From positions 186,001 through 250,000 of the forward strand of contig LSRY02000029.1 in the NCBI GenBank assembly GCA_001643675.2: 64,000 bases of DNA. Reading direction: 5' to 3'. Source of the stretch: Monocercomonoides exilis PA203. Lineage: Eukaryota; Protista; Preaxostyla. The translations under genes and the position numbers were made by a program. This document shows, in pieces, positions 19,487-34,316 of this stretch (positions are counted from its first letter, which is position 1; the number at the start of each line of letters is the position of its first letter). The notes beneath the pieces were generated by a model, which saw nothing but the letters and a program-made list of their open reading frames with translations, had not been told where the DNA came from and did not search any database.

Positions 19487-22358
19487 AGAAGAAGAAGAAG
19501 AAAACCAATCAATCAATCATTCAAACAAGTACACAAATAAAATTAAATAAAATAAAAAACAAAAATATAGTTTTTTTAGGTTTTCAAAATTTCAAAAGAA
19601 AATGCCCTTTAAAAAATATTTCATTTTCAAACGAAATCTGATAATTTTATCTGAAATCAGTTAGTCTCTTTCCCTTTTTTTTTTTTTCCAAAAAACAACA
19701 ATAATTATGATTATCATAATAATTATAATCAACAAAATCTCACATTCCCCCTCTTCTCTCAATCACACCATTGCTTGGAAACATCTTCTCCAAATGCCGA
19801 ATCACACTCAGTTCAAACAGCCCTCGCGAGAAAAACCTTCTGACAATATAACTTTGACACCTGTTCGCAGCATCGTGAAAGTCCATCTGGCAAACAAGGG
19901 GAACATTCAAAGCATGTGCCGAATGAGCAGAATCTACTGGAGTTGACACAACCGCATGCTGCTTCACAAACATTTGGTTGTTGCTCCTCACTTCTGACAG
20001 ACGCCGCGAAATGGATGTGGATTGTGACCGAAGCTCCAAGCTTCGCAGATCTGGTTGGATTGGAGGGGTAGCTGTTTGCTGTGCTTGTTGTATCTGCTGA
20101 GTTTGTTTGGTTTTCTGTGTTTGTTGAATTTGCTGAGTCTGTTGTATTTGTGGCTGAAGTAAATTCTGTGTTTGATTAAGAGATTGGCTAATTGATCGGT
20201 TTTGTGTCTGGGAATGTATTTGCGTTTGTTGGGGGAGCTGAGATTGAGATTGCATTTGAGAATGCATTTGAGACTGAGATGGCAACTGAGGAAGCAATTG
20301 CGATTGAGGTTGCGATTGTGATTGAAATGGAGGTTGCGATTGAGACTGTGGATGAGAAAGCGATTGAGCAACAGCTTGCGGACTAACTGGAGGAGTGTGT
20401 GGAGGTGTAACAGAGGAAAAAGAATTAGAAAAAGCAGAAGAGGAAGGAGGAGAAGAAGCAAGAGAAGAAGCAGAAGCAGTTTGATCATTCAAACCTGCCA
20501 TTACTTCACCTTTTGCAGGAAGGCAACAATCAGAATATCTTCCTCTCGCCATCACAGCCACATACACAACACTCAAAATAATCGCTATCTGATCCAACAT
20601 TGCTATGCTCACCGTTACATTCGTCTTCATCACATTCTTTTTCACATTCTTTTGCTTCTCCCATTTCTCCCCTTTCTCTCCCTTCTCCCCTCTTTCTCCT
20701 CTTTCTCCTCTTTCTCCTCTTTCTCCTCTTTCTCCTCTTTCCCCCTTCTCCTTCCTTTTTGACGGATCCACAACCAACACTATATTCACATCCCCTGCTT
20801 CTGAGCAGCTCAAACTCAGATTCTCCATTGCTGCCTCCAGAATCAGCTGACACAGCACAATGACATTGGTCTGTGCCATCTGCACATTCACCACCTCTTC
20901 CACCAGTTTTTTATCACACAAACTCAACAACAACCTCACAAACGCAGACAAAAAGTGAACAATCGATGGGAAAATGTCAGAAACATAAGGAGAGCGTCTC
21001 AGAACAAGCGGAGTTAGCAGTGCCATCCAATTCACGCACAAGAGCACATGATAAGGCACTGTGGATGGGAAATGTGAGCTTATTTTCTCTTCATCATCTC
21101 TCAAACTCCAGCCACACACACGATGCCCTCTTTCCCCTTGCTTTTCCTGCAGAAAGTCAGCTTTGCATGCAATGTGACAGCAATCGCACTGAATTGTGCA
21201 AAGAGACAAAGAATCAACAGCCACTTTGTGGAAGATGCAGGCAGCGAGGCGGAGAAGCTGGCATTTCAGCTCCAAAAAACACTGACTTTCAAAGAAATTC
21301 GCAGTGGGGGAGACAGAAGACGCTAAGGAAGTTATTATGCGGTGGATGAGCACGTACAGAAGGCTCATGGGACAAGGCGGGGCTTTGCAATTGGATGATA
21401 AAGAAATGCCTGCTATTGGGGAATAAGGGAAAGGAGAACAGAAAAAGGAAGATGATGTGACATTATTGTCTTTATTACTACCATCATTATCATCATCAAC
21501 AGAATCACAGAGGAAAGGGCTGTAGAAGAGGTCAATGAGAGAGTAGCGATCTAACAGACACTGCAGAAGCACAGCAGACCTGGTGCTGATGTTGATGTTG
21601 TTTGAGTTGAGTGCAGAAAGAAGGAAATCCAATGAATAAATGAAAGAGTCACGTGAAGAGGAATTGCGGAGGAGGATGAGCTGCTGCCTTTCTTCTTCTT
21701 CCGCTTCTTCTTCTTCCGCTGCTTTTGCTGCTGTTGTTTCTGAGTGGTATTGCACAAATGGATTGGAAAGAGGATGAATGAGACGCATGGGTTTGATGGG
21801 GAATTCTGGGAGAAGAGAAGAAGAAGAAGAAAGAGAGGAGTAAGAACAAGAAGAAGAAATTGAAGGAGATGATGATGATGACGATGACGATGATGATGAA
21901 GCAGAAGAGGAGGAGGAGGAGGATGAAGAAGTTGATGCAAATGATGATGATAATGAAGAAGGATGAGAAGGATGAGAAGAAGAAGAAGAAGAAGCCAAAT
22001 GAATAAGTTTGCTCAGACTCCACACGATTTCATCATCGCTCTTCTCCCACAGCTGTAACCAATCTTCAGGCGTGTCAAAATTGCATTCTGAAATGTTATT
22101 CAAATATTGTGGGAAAATTTTTATGTGTATGTGTGTTAATAAAAATGAAAAATGATATAGAAATATACATGTGTGTGCATGCATTAAATAAAAATGAATA
22201 GGAAAATTAAGAGAAAGATGAAATATTTATAATATTCAAAAAATAAAATAAAATAAAATAAAATAAAATAAAATAAAATAAAATAAAATAAAATAAAATA
22301 AAATAAAATAAAATAAAATAAAATAAAATAAAATAAAATAAAATAAAATAAAATAAAA

Positions 22359-22409
<51 letters not shown>

Positions 22410-25400
22410 ATTTTTTTACAAACCTCTTATACTCTCTGGCAAACAAAACTGTGTTTCAATCGGAATAAACCTCACATCAAACTGTCCATCCCCTGACATT
22501 TGCACAGAAGAAGAGAGAATTGGCGAGCTAATCATATAAAACTCCTCTCCTCTTCCTCCTCTTCCTTCTCCTCCTCTTCCTTCTCCTCCTTCGTTTCCTT
22601 TCCTCAATGAATTATTCATGTGGTTAATGTTTGAGTCAGAGGGCGACTGAGAATTTAAAGAAAAAGCAGAAGGTGGAGAAGAAGAAGGAGAAGGAGAAGG
22701 CGAAGAAGAAGAAGAAGAAGAAGAAGAAATAGATGAAGAAGAAACAGCCAAGTTCTGAACGGGGTTTGAAATGAACGGAGACTTTAAAGTGATTTGGGTG
22801 ATTGGAGTTTTTGAAATGAAAGGAGCATTCGGAGAAATAGAAGCAATAGGAGCCATAGGAGCAACAGGAGCATTAGGAGAAGCAATTGGTACAGGCAAAG
22901 CCACAGGCGAAGGAGAAGGCAAAGGCGATTGCTGATATGACAAACAAGGTATGTCAGCCACTGCAGCCAGTGAAGAAGATGCAGTTTTTGGCGAGCCGGT
23001 GCTTTGGGGTGTTTGAAATGGAGTGGATTCACGAGATATTGTCATTGGATTGTCACTGGGTTTCAGAAGGGAATCAGGAAGAGGAAGAAGAAGAGGAGGA
23101 GGAGAGGAAGAAGAAGAAGAAGAAGCACTGGAAGGAGGAAGAGGAGAGGCATTTTCAGAGATACAGAAGGAGTTACTGAGATTGAGGTTGAGATTGTTAT
23201 TGCCATTGCCAGTAGCAAAAGCAAAAGAAGGAGGAGAGGGAGAAGCAAAAGGAGAGCTTGACTCAGAACAAGAATTAGAACAGGAATATGAACTAGAAGA
23301 AGAAGAAGAACAAAAATTAGAACTGACCCCACTTCCATATCTATTAAACAGTCCACACCCAACACCACATCCAAACCCGTTCCAGCATCCAGAAGGGTGA
23401 TACGTAAACGAATACGAATGAGACCTATAACTCTCACAAAACTCCCCAAAATCTGGGCAAAGTAACTCGTTTGCTGCCACTTGCTTCGGGCGGCGGTGGA
23501 TTGTGGTGCTGATTTCATGCAAAATCAGCCTGGCTTCCTCAATCACCCTTTTCAACACTGCCCTTTGAGGTATTTTATTCGGGTCTTCCACCAGCGACGC
23601 ATCGTCTTTTATCATAATCTCGTCAAACGGCAGCGACTCTGTTCTCTGCTCTTCCTGTCTCTGCTTTGAAGCGTCAATGTCAGTGGCTACAGCTGCTGGA
23701 CGAGCTCTGAGGAGAAGAGGAGGAGGTGGTGGTGGAGGGGAGGTGCTTGTGTCAGTTGCTGAGGAATTCACTGTAGAGAAGTGAAAAAGGCCATCGGTGG
23801 AAGAAGGCGTGGTGGAGGCAACGGAATGCAAGGGTACTCCCTGTGACAGCTCTGTGGTTTGAGGCAGGAAAGAGCTGAAAGGAGAAGAAATGTTTGAAAG
23901 AGGCGCATTGTCAAACATCGAAAGGCGGACTTTCGGAGATGGGGATAAAAACATATCGGATTTTGACTGTGGGTTCGCTGAGATTCGGACTGGGGAAGGA
24001 GTTGGATGCTGGTCAGGGAATTGATGCTGAGCGGAAGAAAAAGAAGGAGGCGGGGGAAGCATATGAGAGTCATTTGCTGTAGAAGACGGAGAAGAAGGAG
24101 AAGGAGAAAGTTCCAGAGTTGCAGTTAAATTCGCTGTGTTACTTGGCAGCTGTGTGTGTGCTGCTGCTTTCTTTCTTCTTTTTGAGCGTTTTTCAACCAC
24201 AACAAGTTCCTTTGAAGGATCTGTTACTGTTGTTGCAGTTGCTGCATTTGCATTCGTTGAAGATTGCTTTGCCAATGAAGCTGACATATCACCGCTTGTT
24301 GGTTTAACTGTTTGAAGCTTAAACACAACCTCTTTGTTTTTCTTTTCGTTTTTGCTTTTATTCACAGCAGCATCAGGATTTAATTTAAAACTTGACTCTG
24401 TTTTTATCACAACGTTTTCATTTGAGCGATCATTTGATGCATTTAAGAACTGTCCATCAGTTTTCACTGCCACTTTCCCTTTCTCCTTCGTTTCCTTCGT
24501 TTCCTTCGTTTCCTTCGTTTCCTTCGCCTCCTTTGCTTTGTGCAGCAGCTGTTGCCTGCGATGCGCCTCAGTCTCTTTTCTGTCGCCTTCTTTCGCCTTT
24601 TCCTGCTTGGTGATGTCCAAAAGCATCTTCATCTGGCTGTTCTTGGCGGGTGACATGTGTTTGATTGTTCGGTGAAGAAGATGGAAGAAGATGCGCCCAT
24701 ATGAATAGAGAAGCATCCGATGCATCAGCTGGTTCGTGAAGAGGAGGATGGGGCGCTGAATGAGGAGGAGAAGGAGGAGAAGGAAGGAAGGAAGGAAGGA
24801 AGGAAGGAAGGAAGGAAGAAAGGAGGGAGGGAGGGAGAGGGAGAGGGAGAGGGAGAGGGAGAGGGGAAGGAAGGGGAGAGTGAATTGTTGAATATTAAAT
24901 AAATAATTATGAATATTATTTTTAATGAACATATTATTAAAAAATTTATTTATTTATTTTTTTTTTTGAAATGTATGTTTGTATGTTTCAGAAAGCGAAG
25001 AATGAAAAATAAATTATGTGGAAAGGTTTTCATATGTTTGCACGATTTTCCATTTGTTATCAGTCAAACATGAAGTAAATAACCACACCAATATCATCAT
25101 CAATATCAACAACGATAATAATTACAATAACAATAACAATAACAGAAAGATCAAACCTGTTTTTGCGGGTCTATGTCCAACAGCCACGTAGCCATTGCTT
25201 CGATCTCTTTCCTCTGGGAAGCTTCTTCTGCCTGAGTCAAATGCTCGTCTTCAGCATCGAAAACGAAAGGTGACGAAAGCTGTGAAAAACGCTTTGTGGG
25301 CTCTTTGGAATACAACTGAAGAGGCGGCAAATACTGTAGACATATTTTGATTATTTTTCCGAGCTCGGCATAATCTTTCTTCATTTGCGCAAAGAAATCT

Positions 25401-26132
25401 GTCTCTCTATAATAATATGTATAAACGCTTGAATCAACAAAAGAGAGGCAAAAATAATATTTGCAAACTCATCTTCTTCCACCGCGGATACTTTTAAATT
25501 TAAATTTTCAATTATTTCCATAAAGTTCAAAAAAACAACCCGTTTCGAAAGATTTTCTTCAATTCAACAGGAAGAGTTTAACCTGTGAATTCTTTCACAA
25601 ATTCAAAAAAAAAGCACACTCATTCTGATTGTATAATCGTTTTCAAAATACACTCTTTCTTTGCCAATGGTCTCGTGCTTTAACATATTTGTTTCTATCA
25701 CATGCAGCCCAATTAAGAATTCACAAAACCATCTTTTAATTTTCTAAAAATAAAGAAAAATACATATAAATCTAGTCGCATGAAAGAAACATACTCTTAA
25801 TGACAGAATTCTAGTTCCAGCTTCACATTCATTTAAAATTGATGTAAGTTCAATATCAAAGTGTTTCCTTTGAACAGTTATCGTATTTCCTTCAAAGTTA
25901 CACGTCTTAAAATATACAATAAAAGGATATTCCTGACAAAGAGTTTTTTGAAGTTCGCTATTGCATTTTTCTTTGAGTTGTAAATTACTATTTAAGTAAT
26001 AGAGCGTTGATTTTGGAATTACTGTTTCAACGTATAGCTGTTGTTGAGCTGAAGCTAGAAAAAAATAAATAAATAAAGATATCCTTTTTCAAATATGAAA
26101 TAAGTCTGTGCTATCAAACCTTGAACGTTCAT
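16944..26132 (-). CDS. 10-exon, ~2470-aa protein: N-terminal degenerate kinase fold, then helical (HEAT/ARM-like) segments interleaved with low-complexity tracts
   Basis: Phase-consistent exons 26132-26120, 26054-25795, 25743-25620, 25556-25469, 25406-25157, 24755-22424, 22087-19769, 19445-19385, 19111-17253, 17056-16944, all GT-AG; kinase-like YPFIVYFKTCNFEGNTITV and LSLRKIKRWFCEFLIGLHVI. Confidence 0.7.
17521..17610 (-). repeat. (GGA)30 coding microsatellite encoding 30 Gly
   Basis: Perfect (TCC)30 on the plus strand. Confidence 0.95.
22241..22410. repeat. Intronic (AAAAT)n-(AAAT)n microsatellite
   Basis: Lies within intron 22088-22423. Confidence 0.9.
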
Positions 26133-26311
26133 TTAACTTACTTTCATTAAAATAAAAAAGAAATTTTTTAGTATGGATAAATGATCAAAAGAATTCTTCC
26201 CTTTCAAATTCTCACAAAAGTTAACAACAAAACGAAATGAAATTTCAAAAAAAAAATTAAATAAATAAAATAAATAACAATAAATTATTTTAGATAAGTC
26301 ATTTTTATTGT

Positions 26312-27035
26312 TCATCGTTTGCTGCGGGTAGTTTCTGCCAAGAGAGACTGTCTTTCTTTTTCCTCTTCATTTCTAATCAATTCCAGCAGTTTTTGCTTCT
26401 TTTCATCCGCAATCCTCTTTCTCTCTGCATATGCCTCGTCCATTTTCTTGGCCTCAATGAGCTCATTTTCCAGCAAATGAATAGGTTGTGTCACATCAAT
26501 ATCCAAACCATCAGTCAATGATTGATGAAGTGATGTTAGTTTCTTCCCTTTTCCAATTCCCAAAGATGAAAGCATCTCCTCAGCCGTCTGCTTCCACAGG
26601 CTTGCATTCATTTTCTGATCTCCCTTATCTCCCTTATCTCCCTTATCTCCATTAAATTCATTCTCTTTATTTTTCCCGTTCTCATTTTGCATTTCCCCAT
26701 TGAAATTCTGATAATCCTTATTATTTTGTTTACTTTGTACATTCTGTTTATTTTGTATATTTTGTATATTTTGTTTATTCTGTTTATTTTGTTCATTCAT
26801 TTCAGCTTCTTTTAGCTGAGACTGCATTCTAGCTGCCTCAATCACTCGAAGTGGGGTTGTGCCTTGCCCCCACAATTTCCTCATCCGATGGGAAGAAGGA
26901 AGAGAAGAGAGAAACTTCTTCACTTCTGATGACTGCGGGGCTGAACAGAACACATCGAGACACTGCATGGCGACTTGGCGCTCTGGATGAAAGGGAAGAG
27001 GGAAGAGGGTAGATGGAAGAGAAAGAGAGAGAAAG

Positions 27036-27090
<55 letters not shown>

Positions 27091-27148
27091 AATAGAAATA
27101 ACATAACACAAAAATTTTAAATAAAGGAAAAATTAATTCGAAAAAAAA

Positions 27149-27192
<44 letters not shown>

Positions 27193-27961
27193 TACATACA
27201 TACATACATACATACATACATACATACATACATACATACATACACATACAAAATAAATAAATAAATAAATAAAATGCAAAGTTTAAATTATGATTTTGAT
27301 AAAAAAGGCCAAATTTTCTGTTATATTTGCAACTTCACTTTTTTTCCCCTTCAATTCATTTCAAATAAACCACACCAAAAAATGAATACTCAGAATAATC
27401 ATCTTTTCCCTTTGTCCGTTTCGAAGAAGCAGCATAATCTTCTTCATCTTCATCTTCATCTTCATCTTCGTCTTTCCACTCCAAAATCTCCTTCTCATCG
27501 ACTTCTTCAACTCCAATCATTGACATTCTCGAAAGCAGCTCTCTTCTTTGTGCACTTTGCATTCCACTTCTTCCTCCTTCTCCTCCTTTTTCCCTTCTTT
27601 TCCCTCTTTTTCCTTCTCCTTCTCCTTCTCTTCCTTCTTCTTCTTCCTCTTCTCCCTCTTCTCCCTCTTCTTCTTTCTCCTTCTCCTTCTCCTCCTTCAT
27701 TCCCAAATCTCCTCCCATACACGAAGCAGATCTCCTTGTATACCCTTCTGCCCCAATCACACCAGAAACACGAGAAACACCTGAAATATTTGAAACACCT
27801 GAAATTCAAGGATTACAAGAATTATTAGAATAAATAGAGATATAAGAAATATAAGAAAATTTTAGAATTATAAGTGGAAAAAAAAAAGGATTATTTGAAG
27901 AATAAGATAATTTAGAAAATAGAAGAAATATAAGAACAATAAGAACAATAAAAACAATTAG

Positions 27962-27996
<35 letters not shown>

Positions 27997-30867
27997 AAGA
28001 AAAAAAAAAAAAAGAAAAGAAAAGAAAAATCTAAGAAATATTAAAAACATACCATAAGCATTATAATTATTATAAATTCCTTGATCTTTCATTGAATAAA
28101 CAGCATTTGGTGTTCCCATCACAGAAAAGCAGCGTGGCTGGCCAAAGGACAAAACAGAAGAGGAACGGAAATGAGGATTTTGTGGCCAGAAAACAGGAGA
28201 AGAGGAAAAAGAAGAGGAGGAAGAAGAAAATGATGAAGAAGAGGAGGAAGAGGAAGAGGAGGAAGAAGAGGAGGAGGAAGACGAAGATGATGATGATGAA
28301 ACACCAACTGATGTGAAAGAACGATAGTTTGGTTGAAAATAAGAAGCTGAAGAAGAAGAAGAAGAAGAAGAGGAAGAGGAAGAAGAAGAAGAAGAAGAAG
28401 AAGAAGAATAAGGAAAAGGTGAACCCGACAGAAACGCCATAGAATTAGCAGTAGATGAAAGAGAAGACGCAGAAGTCGGGAAGAATGCGGAAGCTGTTCT
28501 GAAAGAGCACAAAGAGAAAGACGGCTGCTTTGGCAGAGGAAGAAGTCCCGGTGAAATATCGAGTGGATCATCGTTGCCATCGAGATCTCGAAGTGAATAC
28601 TGAGATTTGAACTCTTCTTGCTCTTGTTCTTGTTCGAAGTCTTGTTTCTCTGTTTCTTCTGCTTCTGCTTCTTCTTCTTTCCCCTCTTCTTCAAGTTTTG
28701 TTGCTTCATAGTCCGTTTTGATAGTTTTGTCTTCAGCAGACGACGACGACGACGATGATGCTGAAGAAGAAGAAGAAGAAAAAGAAGTTTTTTCTTTGGA
28801 TTTCCCGTTTGGTTGCTCCTGATTCGCAAAAAGATCATCTGGAACAGCTTGCAGAATTTCAGCAAGTGGCTTAACTTCAACTGGAATGGAAGCTTCTCTT
28901 TCTCTTTCTCTTTCTTCACCACTGTTCAAATCCTCTTCTGTCTGTGTGTTTGAGTATGAAGTGCTAAAAGAAGAAGATGAAATGGAAGAGGAAGAAGAAG
29001 CAGAAGAAGCAGAAGAATCAGAACCCGAATAAATTCCACTTTCACTCAAACCCTCCGCCACCAAGCCATTTTTCGTGTCAGACGCCAAAAACGCCTCAGT
29101 CGATAAGCTTTCTGTGTTTGCCTCAGACTGCCTTTGCCTCGGAGTCAGCGCTGGAGTCAGCGTCGCCTTAGCAGAAGCACCAAAACGGAGGGTGACATCA
29201 TCGAATGGGGTGATTGGGGAAGGAGGCGGGGGAAGAGGAGAGCAAGCTTCTTTGTGTGGAGACAGAGGGGTGTCCAGTGCATAGCTTCCACTGCCAATGG
29301 CAGCAAGAGAAGAAAGTTCCTTTGAATGCGAGCGGGTTCGAGTAGCTGGAGTCACAATTGGCTCTCTTTCGAAATAGGCTACTTCATTTCCTCTCTTCTT
29401 TGAAATTTTGCCTTTCTTTCCATTTTTAACTTTCTTCTCCTTCGTCTTCTTCACTCTCTTATGTCTTCCAGGGCTAACTGACTGCGAAGCATCCTGTTTG
29501 GTCCTCCTCCTTTTCTCTGACTGCGATCTGCGCTCAGCCCCCACCGCACGTGGAGGAAGCGGCAGCGGCGCCGGAAACATCCGCTTGGAAGGAGCTTCAT
29601 AGCGAAACAAGGTGTCAGCAGGTGTTGCTCCGCCCTGCAGATACGAAAGGGCAGACAGTTCTGATCCACCTGACATTCCAGATACTCCAGACATCCCAGA
29701 CAAGCCAGAAGCCCCAGATGCTCCAGAGAAGGCAGACAGCGCAGAGGCCACTGACGGAGAAGGCGTGCGCGTCGGATGCGGCGGCTGTGCAAAGGAGGAG
29801 CTGTGCTGCTTTTTCGAGTTCGAAGGGCGAGGCCGGCTGCGGGACGTGTCTTTCGCAGGCAACGGAAGGCCCCTGGGAGTTGTTATGCGCTCTGTTTCAT
29901 ATGTTTTCTCGTATTCATCCAAGCGGCTGCTGCCTTCTGCACCATTGGATTCCAACTCTTCTGCGCTTTCTTGCTCCTCCCCTTCTTCCTCTTCTTCTTC
30001 TTCATCGAACAAAAAATCTGAACTATCTTCATCAAATTCCTTATCGCTGAAATGATCCACTTTCACAAGCTCTGGACGACTTGACGACCTTCCTCTTTGA
30101 ATGTAATACAAATCATTTCTCACAACGTTTTTTTCCTCTTCAGCAGCGAAAGGCTTCCTGAAATTCTTACCAGTGTGTGTAACTTTCGTTGATTGTCCGG
30201 GAGTGATAAGAAGTGCCGATGCAGATGCGTATGAAGTACGATTTGATCCTAATGAATTTGTATCCCATTGCTTTTCTGATTGAACGTCTGAAGCATAGTA
30301 ATCTTCTGTTGATGGAATATCGTCATAGTCTGGGTCCGTTGTACGTCTGACTTGAAAATGGCTTGGAGCAGATAAATCACGACGATATTTAATTTTTTCA
30401 GTGTTTGCTCCATCATGTGTTTCTATTCCATCCTGACTTTCAAAATAATCACCCGAATTATAATCTTTCTAAAAAATGATAAATGAAAAATAAATAGCAC
30501 GTTAAAATAAAAAAACAATATATATAACATTTCTTCCTCGCAATTTCTTTGGAGTCGCAAGAATTCTCTGTACAGGTAATGTCAAAGGTCCATAATAATA
30601 TTCCAATCTCAATTGCGTGTGTTTTTGTGCATAATACTGATCTTTTGTTAATAAGGAGTTTTTCCAAGCTTTATGTTTTTTTGAATGAGCTTTTTTAGTT
30701 TGTGAACTTGAATCGTGAATTGGTTCTGACATTTCTTTGGAATGTTTATTTTTTGATAATGGCACAACATAACAACTTGGAGCAAATTTATTTTTTACTC
30801 TTTTTTTAAATAGTACCTCTGTTTGTTTCAAACAATTTCTGCGGTTGTATCTTAATAAGTCTTCCAT
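26312..30867 (-). CDS. 4-exon, largely disordered Ser/Glu-rich protein of unknown function with a coiled-coil C-terminus
   Basis: Phase-consistent exons 30867-30529, 30468-28053, 27780 (or 27798)-27376, 26982-26312. Confidence 0.7.
27030..27272. repeat. Compound intronic microsatellite (AAAG)n, (CA)n, (CATA)n, (AAAT)n
   Basis: Lies within intron 26983-27375. Confidence 0.9.
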
Positions 30868-31253
30868 ATAAATAAAAATAATATTGAGAAATATAATTGA
30901 AAATCTTGTGTCGATGAAAATTCTTAAGAAAAAAGATTTTTTCGGTTTGATTATCTGCCGTTACTGTTTCAATTTCCTTTCCTGATGATAAGGAAATACA
31001 ACATGAAATCATTCTTTTTGAGACAAATGTCCGTAAATTTTTCTTATTGAAAAAGATTTTTAAATTAAATAAAAAGCGCTCTTCGAGAAGAAAGATGATA
31101 TTTTTCCATTTTGAAAAGAATAAAAAGAAAAAGAAAGTTGCTATTGACGAAATGATGAAATGTGAATAACAGCATTTAAAATTGCATAATGAAGATTTGA
31201 AAACACAGTGAGCAATCGTGATTCAAAAAAACAAATTCGTTAAAAAATGAAAT

Positions 31254-31825
31254 TTATTCATCTTCAGCAATTTCTTGTGCTTGTTGCATCTGTTGTAGCC
31301 GTTCATATTCAATAGATAATTCTTCGACACGTCGTTTCAACTCTTCATTTTCTGCAACAAGAGCGTCCACATCAATCCCACTCGGTGTTGTGAGAAATCG
31401 TCGAATAAATCTTAATAATAGGAAGAAGAGTACATAAAAATAAATATATTTGAAAAAACAAGCATAATTAATCATCCAAAAGTGAAAAATATAATATTTG
31501 AAATCATACTCAATTGCATTTGCAGGCTTTTCTGGTTCTTCGTACAATGCTATTAAAACTGAGTTAAAAATGAAAAAACAATGCATCAAATCATTCATTT
31601 ATTATTGTTACAAATTTGAATAATACATTAAAAAAAATTGACATTGCCATATGTATAAGTGCTTCCACACCTTTCGTTAAATTATCGATAACTCCAGATC
31701 TTTCAAGATATTTCCTGAACTCCTCTTTTTTACTGAATTTCGGAACAAAAGTTATGAAAACAAAATAAACTATTTTTTTGAGATTATTAATGAAAAGCAA
31801 TTACTCACCTGTCAGATGACGACAT
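31254..31825 (-). CDS. MYCBP: c-Myc-binding protein (AMY-1) homolog, 94 aa, 4 exons
   Basis: Exons 31825-31809, 31732-31671, 31558-31510, 31410-31254 give MSSSDSKKEEFRKYLERSGVIDNLTKVLIALYEEPEKPANAIEFIRRFL... Confidence 0.9.
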
Positions 31826-32021
31826 TCAAATAATTCACAATATTAAACAAATTTCTAAAATTATGGGCGAACATAAAATACTCTTGTATTTGATTATTAA
31901 AATGCATTTTTCACTCTTAATTAATGTTTGTATCTTTTATAGAAATAATAAAAAATTATAAAATTCACCTAAAAATTTACATGTAAATAATTTGCCTCTT
32001 TTGTAAATGCATGACTCCGTT

Positions 32022-34000
<1,979 letters not shown>

Positions 34001-34316
34001 AAAAATACGAAAATTTTGTAAAAATAAAATGAAAACTTTACACTCCCAAGAATTTGAAAAGAATAAACAATGCTTTTCACCAAAATTATAAAAGATTCAC
34101 AGATACTACTTAACTTTAGTTGTTTCAATAAAAAATACTCATTGATCAAGAATATAAACAATTTTTAAAAATCAGACTTTTAAAAAAAAATATAAAATAA
34201 AATAAAATAAAATAAAATAAAATAAAATAAAATAAAAATAAAAAATAAAAAAGGATCTTTATGAGCATTAACAGATAGTTCAAATTCAAAACAAATCAAG
34301 AATCAAACAAAATTTC

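Noticed and set aside
19740-19745. Strong-looking GTGAGA donor
   Set aside because: Phase 2 creates a stop in the next exon; the donor at 19768 fits
25564-25568. Apparent in-frame TGA after a Cys codon (possible Sec or readthrough)
   Set aside because: It falls inside the inferred intron 25557-25619; no recoding is needed
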